64,000 nucleotides of DNA, taken from NCBI GenBank assembly GCA_038142205.1, contig JAYQJO010000001.1:2553659-2617658 (forward strand), in the 5' to 3' direction. Of the stretch, positions 60,064 through 64,000 are shown one piece after another. A program made the translations under genes and the position numbers. The DNA is from Pseudomonadota bacterium (lineage in GTDB: Bacteria; Pseudomonadota; Gammaproteobacteria; Eutrophobiales; Eutrophobiaceae). Below the pieces are notes generated by a model that was not told the origin of the DNA, ran no database searches, and saw only the letters and a list, made by a program, of their open reading frames with translations. Position 1 is the first letter of the stretch. Every line of letters starts with the position of its first letter.

Positions 60064-60930
60064 TTACTTTAATGCTTTTTCTTTTAGCCGGAATAGAGCG
60101 GAAATATCCTCATCACCATAACCTTCATCCATTAATCGTTGATAGTGAATTAAGGTCATTTCAATTGTCGGTAAAGCATTTTCGCTGATAGATTTTGCCA
60201 TGCTTTGACAAATACTTAGATCTTTATGGTGTAAAGCGAGTTTAAACCCAGGTTCATAACTGCCTGCCAACATGGTTTTACCACGATGATCAAGAAACCA
60301 GTTTCCTGCAGCACCAGTTGAAACAATATCAACAACTTTGTCCATTGGCAGGCCCATCGCTTTACCAAAAGCTAATGCTTCTGTGACGGCCTGATTAATA
60401 CCTGCACACATAATTTGGTTCACTGCCTTGGTGGCTTGGCCTGACCCTGTCGGACCGATGTAAACAATATTACTGCCGATAGCATCAAGTGTTGAACGTG
60501 CTTTTTCTAATTGTGCTTCATCACCTCCAGCCATAATAGCCAACGTACCGTTTTTCGCTCCTTCTGTTCCACCAGATACCGGGCAGTCGAGAAAATGCGC
60601 ACCAACTTCGTTCAAAGTTTCCGCAGCTTGTTTTGCTGTTTCGGAACTGACTGTGGAGGTATCAATAACAATGGTGTTCGGTTTTACGCTATCTTTAATT
60701 GCGTTAACCATCTCCAGCACATCAGTATCACGTGATACACAGATAATAATTAATTCGCATTGCTCAGCGACATCAGCGGGCGCCATTGAAATCTTGCAGT
60801 CGCATTCTTTTGCGATGGACTCTGCTTTTGATCTTGTTCTGTTAAATACTGTTTCCAGGTGATTTGCTTTAGCAAGATTCTTTGCTATGCCTGCGCCCAT
60901 TGCTCCTAAACCAATAACCCCTGTCTTCAT
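60064..60930 (-). CDS. NAD(P)-dependent beta-hydroxyacid dehydrogenase (3-hydroxyisobutyrate dehydrogenase family)
   Basis: 288 aa with the Rossmann motif GVIGLGAMGAGIAKNL and DCPVSGG. Confidence 0.8.
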   Translation of the reverse strand: MKTGVIGLGAMGAGIAKNLAKANHLETVFNRTRSKAESIAKECDCKISMAPADVAEQCELIIICVSRDTDVLEMVNAIKDSVKPNTIVIDTSTVSSETAKQAAETLNEVGAHFLDCPVSGGTEGAKNGTLAIMAGGDEAQLEKARSTLDAIGSNIVYIGPTGSGQATKAVNQIMCAGINQAVTEALAFGKAMGLPMDKVVDIVSTGAAGNWFLDHRGKTMLAGSYEPGFKLALHHKDLSICQSMAKSISENALPTIEMTLIHYQRLMDEGYGDEDISALFRLKEKALK

Positions 60931-61135
60931 AAATTAATTCCCGTCTCTTTTACAGTTAAATCTGAACTAGTTTACATAGTAAAAAAACAGATGACAGGAA
61001 AATTAAATGTCACACACAGGAATGGAAAAAAGCATTACTTATCATGTAGTTAAACTACCTTTCAGAGATAGGCGGCTTGTTAAAGCTTTGTTAAATCCTG
61101 CCGATAGTTAGATAAGAATCTTTGGTAGAAAAGTT

Positions 61136-63259
61136 ATGCATGATAAAAATGGATTGATTAATTCTCGGATTGAATGGCTGAACAGTATTGGGTCGGCGGC
61201 TTTTGTTATTGACGTAAATAATATTGTCAGATTCTGGAGTCGTTCCTGCGAAATACTGACAGGTATTGAGTCTGAAGAAGTCCTCAATACGAATAAACAT
61301 TGGAAAGGCTTTTATTCCGAAGAACGAACTTGTCTGGCCGACATGGTTTTGGATGAAGCCTGGAAAGAAAAAGTCCATTTGTACGAACATATTAAAGCAG
61401 CACCCAACACAGAAAGAGGGCTTATCGCTTCGAATTGGTGTCAAACACCATCCGGTCTTAAATTTCTGATTTTTGAAGCCAATGCTTTATTTGATGACAG
61501 TAAAAATATGGTTGGTGTTATTGAGACACTCAGTGATGCAACAGAGCTGAAAAAAGCCCAGGATGAGTTGCAAACACTGTCCATGGCAGTAGACCATTGT
61601 TCTTCGTCGGTGCTGATTACGGATCCAGATGGGAAAATAGAATTTGTAAATCCGCGCTTTAGCGAAATCACCGGCTTTTTGAGGAATGAGGTAATAGACA
61701 AGGATATCAATCTAATAAGACCGGATGATCACTGTAATAATAGCTATAAAGAAATCGGGAAAGCACTAGACTCTACGGGAGAATGGAAAGGTGAGTTGCA
61801 AAGTGTCAGGAAAGATGGAAGCCACTATTGGGAAAGGTGTTCTCTGTCAGTAGTAAAAGATACGGGTGGAAATGTTACTCATTTGGTTGGCGTACAGGAT
61901 GATATAACGAGTGAATATGAAGCCACGCAAAAATTAAATTATGATGCAACGCATGATGCATTAACAGGCTTGATTAACAGGCGCGGGTTTGAGGAAAAAG
62001 CTGAAACAGTTATTAGAAATAATAAGGTAAATAATCGAAAGCATTCTTTATGTTTTATCGATCTCGATCAGTTTAAAATAGTTAACGATACCTGTGGTCA
62101 TGAAGCCGGTGATGAGCTATTGCGCAGAATTTCAAATATCTTCACAGACAACGTTCGTAAAAGCGATACATTGGCAAGATTGGGTGGTGATGAGTTTGCC
62201 ATTCTGATGGAAGACTGTGAGCTAGAGTATTCTTATCAGCGAGCGACAACCTTATTAAAAGTGATTCAAGATTTTGATTTTCTCTGGCAAGGTGAATCAT
62301 TTAAAGTCGGTCTAAGTATCGGCATCGTTGTCTTTGATAATTCAGTCACTAACTTAATTGATTTAATGCGTCAGGTGGATTCAGCTTGTTATATTGCAAA
62401 AGATATGGGTAGAAATCGCATACAGGTCTACTCGGCAGATGATTCGCAGTTAAATAAACGGCAAAGCGAAATAAAGTGGGTGTCGCGAATTCAAAAAGCT
62501 TTAGATGAAGACTCTTTTTATCTTGATGCTCAGCCAATAGAAGCGCTCGATACAAATGAGAAAGCCCATTATGAGTTATTGGTTAGAATGCGTGATGAAC
62601 AAGGGCAGAGCATTTTCCCTAACGAGTTTTTACCCTCAGCAGAAAGATATAATTTTATTTCATTAATTGACCGTTGGGTTATTAGAAAAGCATTGTCTTT
62701 ACTGGCTGATACTCCCGCTTTTCTTAAACAAATAAATTTCATTTCAATAAATATTTCAGGACAATCACTGGCTAATGATGAACTAATCGATTTTATTTGT
62801 GCTCAATTTGATAAAACAGGAGTAGACGGGAGTAAGCTTTGTTTTGAAATAACAGAAACATCTACCATTAAGAACTTAAAGACGGCTGTTAATTTAATAA
62901 ATGAATTAAAAAAACATGGATGCTCTTTTGCTATTGATGACTTTGGATCTGGTTTATCATCGTATGCGTATTTAAAAAACCTGCCTGTCGATTATCTCAA
63001 GATTGATGGTATCTTTGTTAAAGAGATAGTGAATGAGCCAATTGATTATGCATTGGTAAAATCTATAAATGAAGTTGGCCATATCCTAAACATAAAAACC
63101 ATTGCTGAATTTGTAGAAAACAATGAGATAAAAGGAATGCTTAAAGCGATAGGAATAGATTACGTGCAAGGATACGGGATCTCAAAGCCTGTTAATTTTG
63201 AAGGTTTATTAGAGCAATCAAACAACGTCATAGAGATTAAAAAAAGAGCAACTAATTAA
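61136..63259 (+). CDS. PAS-PAS-GGDEF-EAL signalling protein
   Basis: 707 aa with two PAS domains and GGDEF preceded by an RKSD I-site five residues upstream. The EAL-type domain reads ELL, with DDFGSGLSSYAYL. Confidence 0.85.
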   Translation: MHDKNGLINSRIEWLNSIGSAAFVIDVNNIVRFWSRSCEILTGIESEEVLNTNKHWKGFYSEERTCLADMVLDEAWKEKVHLYEHIKAAPNTERGLIASNWCQTPSGLKFLIFEANALFDDSKNMVGVIETLSDATELKKAQDELQTLSMAVDHCSSSVLITDPDGKIEFVNPRFSEITGFLRNEVIDKDINLIRPDDHCNNSYKEIGKALDSTGEWKGELQSVRKDGSHYWERCSLSVVKDTGGNVTHLVGVQDDITSEYEATQKLNYDATHDALTGLINRRGFEEKAETVIRNNKVNNRKHSLCFIDLDQFKIVNDTCGHEAGDELLRRISNIFTDNVRKSDTLARLGGDEFAILMEDCELEYSYQRATTLLKVIQDFDFLWQGESFKVGLSIGIVVFDNSVTNLIDLMRQVDSACYIAKDMGRNRIQVYSADDSQLNKRQSEIKWVSRIQKALDEDSFYLDAQPIEALDTNEKAHYELLVRMRDEQGQSIFPNEFLPSAERYNFISLIDRWVIRKALSLLADTPAFLKQINFISINISGQSLANDELIDFICAQFDKTGVDGSKLCFEITETSTIKNLKTAVNLINELKKHGCSFAIDDFGSGLSSYAYLKNLPVDYLKIDGIFVKEIVNEPIDYALVKSINEVGHILNIKTIAEFVENNEIKGMLKAIGIDYVQGYGISKPVNFEGLLEQSNNVIEIKKRATN

Positions 63260-63270
63260 TCAGAGCGCTT

Positions 63271-64000
63271 TTAATTACAATGTAATTTATTTTCATAATG
63301 CTTCGCTATAACACTTGCAACACAACACGTTAATTTTTTAGCAGTGGGTATATGTAAAAATTCATTTGGACCATGGGCGTTAGACCCCGGGCCTAAAACA
63401 CCGGTAATTAAGAACTGTGCATCAGGAAATTTTTCACCCAGCATGCCCATAAAAGGAATCGACCAACCCTCTCCCATATGTACAGCAGGTTTTTTAAAAA
63501 AATTATTTGAAGCATCGTCTATTGCCTGTTCCAGCCACGGCTCGACTTCGGGTGCCATCCAGCCGCTGGCTGCCCAGTCGGGTGTAAAATTAACTTCAGC
63601 TCCGTAAGGTGGATTACTGACTAATATCTCTTTCAGTTTTTTACTGGCTTGCTCTGCATTACAGGTTGGTGGCAGTCGAATAGAAAGTTTTATTGAAGTA
63701 GAAGGGCGTAATACATTACCGGCTGATTCGATATTCGGCACGCCATCAATACCAATATACGATAAGGCCGGGCGCCAGCTTCGGTTTAAAATTAACTCGA
63801 CTGCTTCACTATTCATTGCTTGCATAGCCTCTTTCATCGGGAAACGGTTAAATACATCGTCTCCCATCATCTCTGCTGCACGTTGAGCCTGTTCTAATCG
63901 TTTTGTAGGAATATCGACCTGGAACGCATCATCGAGTATTTGTCCGGTTGTTGAATCTTCCAGGCGGTCAAGCAGTTGCCTTATAATTCTAAAACTGGAA
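63271..64000 (-). CDS. M20-family metallopeptidase/deacylase, C-terminal part (continues beyond window)
   Basis: The frame stays open from stop 63271 to the window edge. The ORF-track Met at 63870 is internal. The motif ...GPGSNAHGPNEFLHI... is typical of M20 enzymes (recalled). Confidence 0.55.
   Translation of the reverse strand, partial: SSFRIIRQLLDRLEDSTTGQILDDAFQVDIPTKRLEQAQRAAEMMGDDVFNRFPMKEAMQAMNSEAVELILNRSWRPALSYIGIDGVPNIESAGNVLRPSTSIKLSIRLPPTCNAEQASKKLKEILVSNPPYGAEVNFTPDWAASGWMAPEVEPWLEQAIDDASNNFFKKPAVHMGEGWSIPFMGMLGEKFPDAQFLITGVLGPGSNAHGPNEFLHIPTAKKLTCCVASVIAKHYENKLHCN

Overview
The window is a visibly AT-rich (not computed) stretch of what looks like a gammaproteobacterial chromosome. 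The local gene orders fit that assignment: rhlB/trxA/rho, glyQ-glyS-gmhB-plsC, tesA/ybbA/ybbP, cysDN, groESL and ntrBC. Content is almost entirely housekeeping. I saw no rRNA, tRNA, CRISPR array, transposase, integrase, phage gene or recognisable defence gene. I cannot point to a convincing new multi-gene system. The candidates below are ranked honestly and most are modest.

Main observations:
1. At least 12 reading-frame or stop lesions occur in otherwise conserved genes, including essential glyS. Four sit in 6-nt A/T runs, several more in shorter runs. This suggests homopolymer sequencing error, or less likely early pseudogenisation.
2. A nitrogen-control locus holds a eukaryote-like type II glutamine synthetase. 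It sits behind a good sigma54 promoter and two identical NtrC-type enhancer sites. A third such site lies at ntrB. A Hanks-type Ser/Thr kinase and tandem DUF4124 genes are also in the locus.
3. A perfect CIRCE operator overlaps the groESL promoter. A CIRCE-like half-site precedes the unknown two-gene unit downstream of groEL.
4. Three related palindromic operators lie between a TetR gene and a divergent AhpD-like/YHS operon.
5. An uncharacterised protein family is present twice in the window (27126 and 52223).
6. CysN carries a vestigial, P-loop-deleted APS-kinase-like tail.
7. Four coupled units may merit follow-up: PspA/polytopic membrane protein, micro-ORFs/peroxiredoxin, fatty-acid hydroxylase/ArsM-like methyltransferase, and GldA/F/G-like ABC plus DUF4340.

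All family assignments come from motifs read in the translations and from memory. Nothing was searched.
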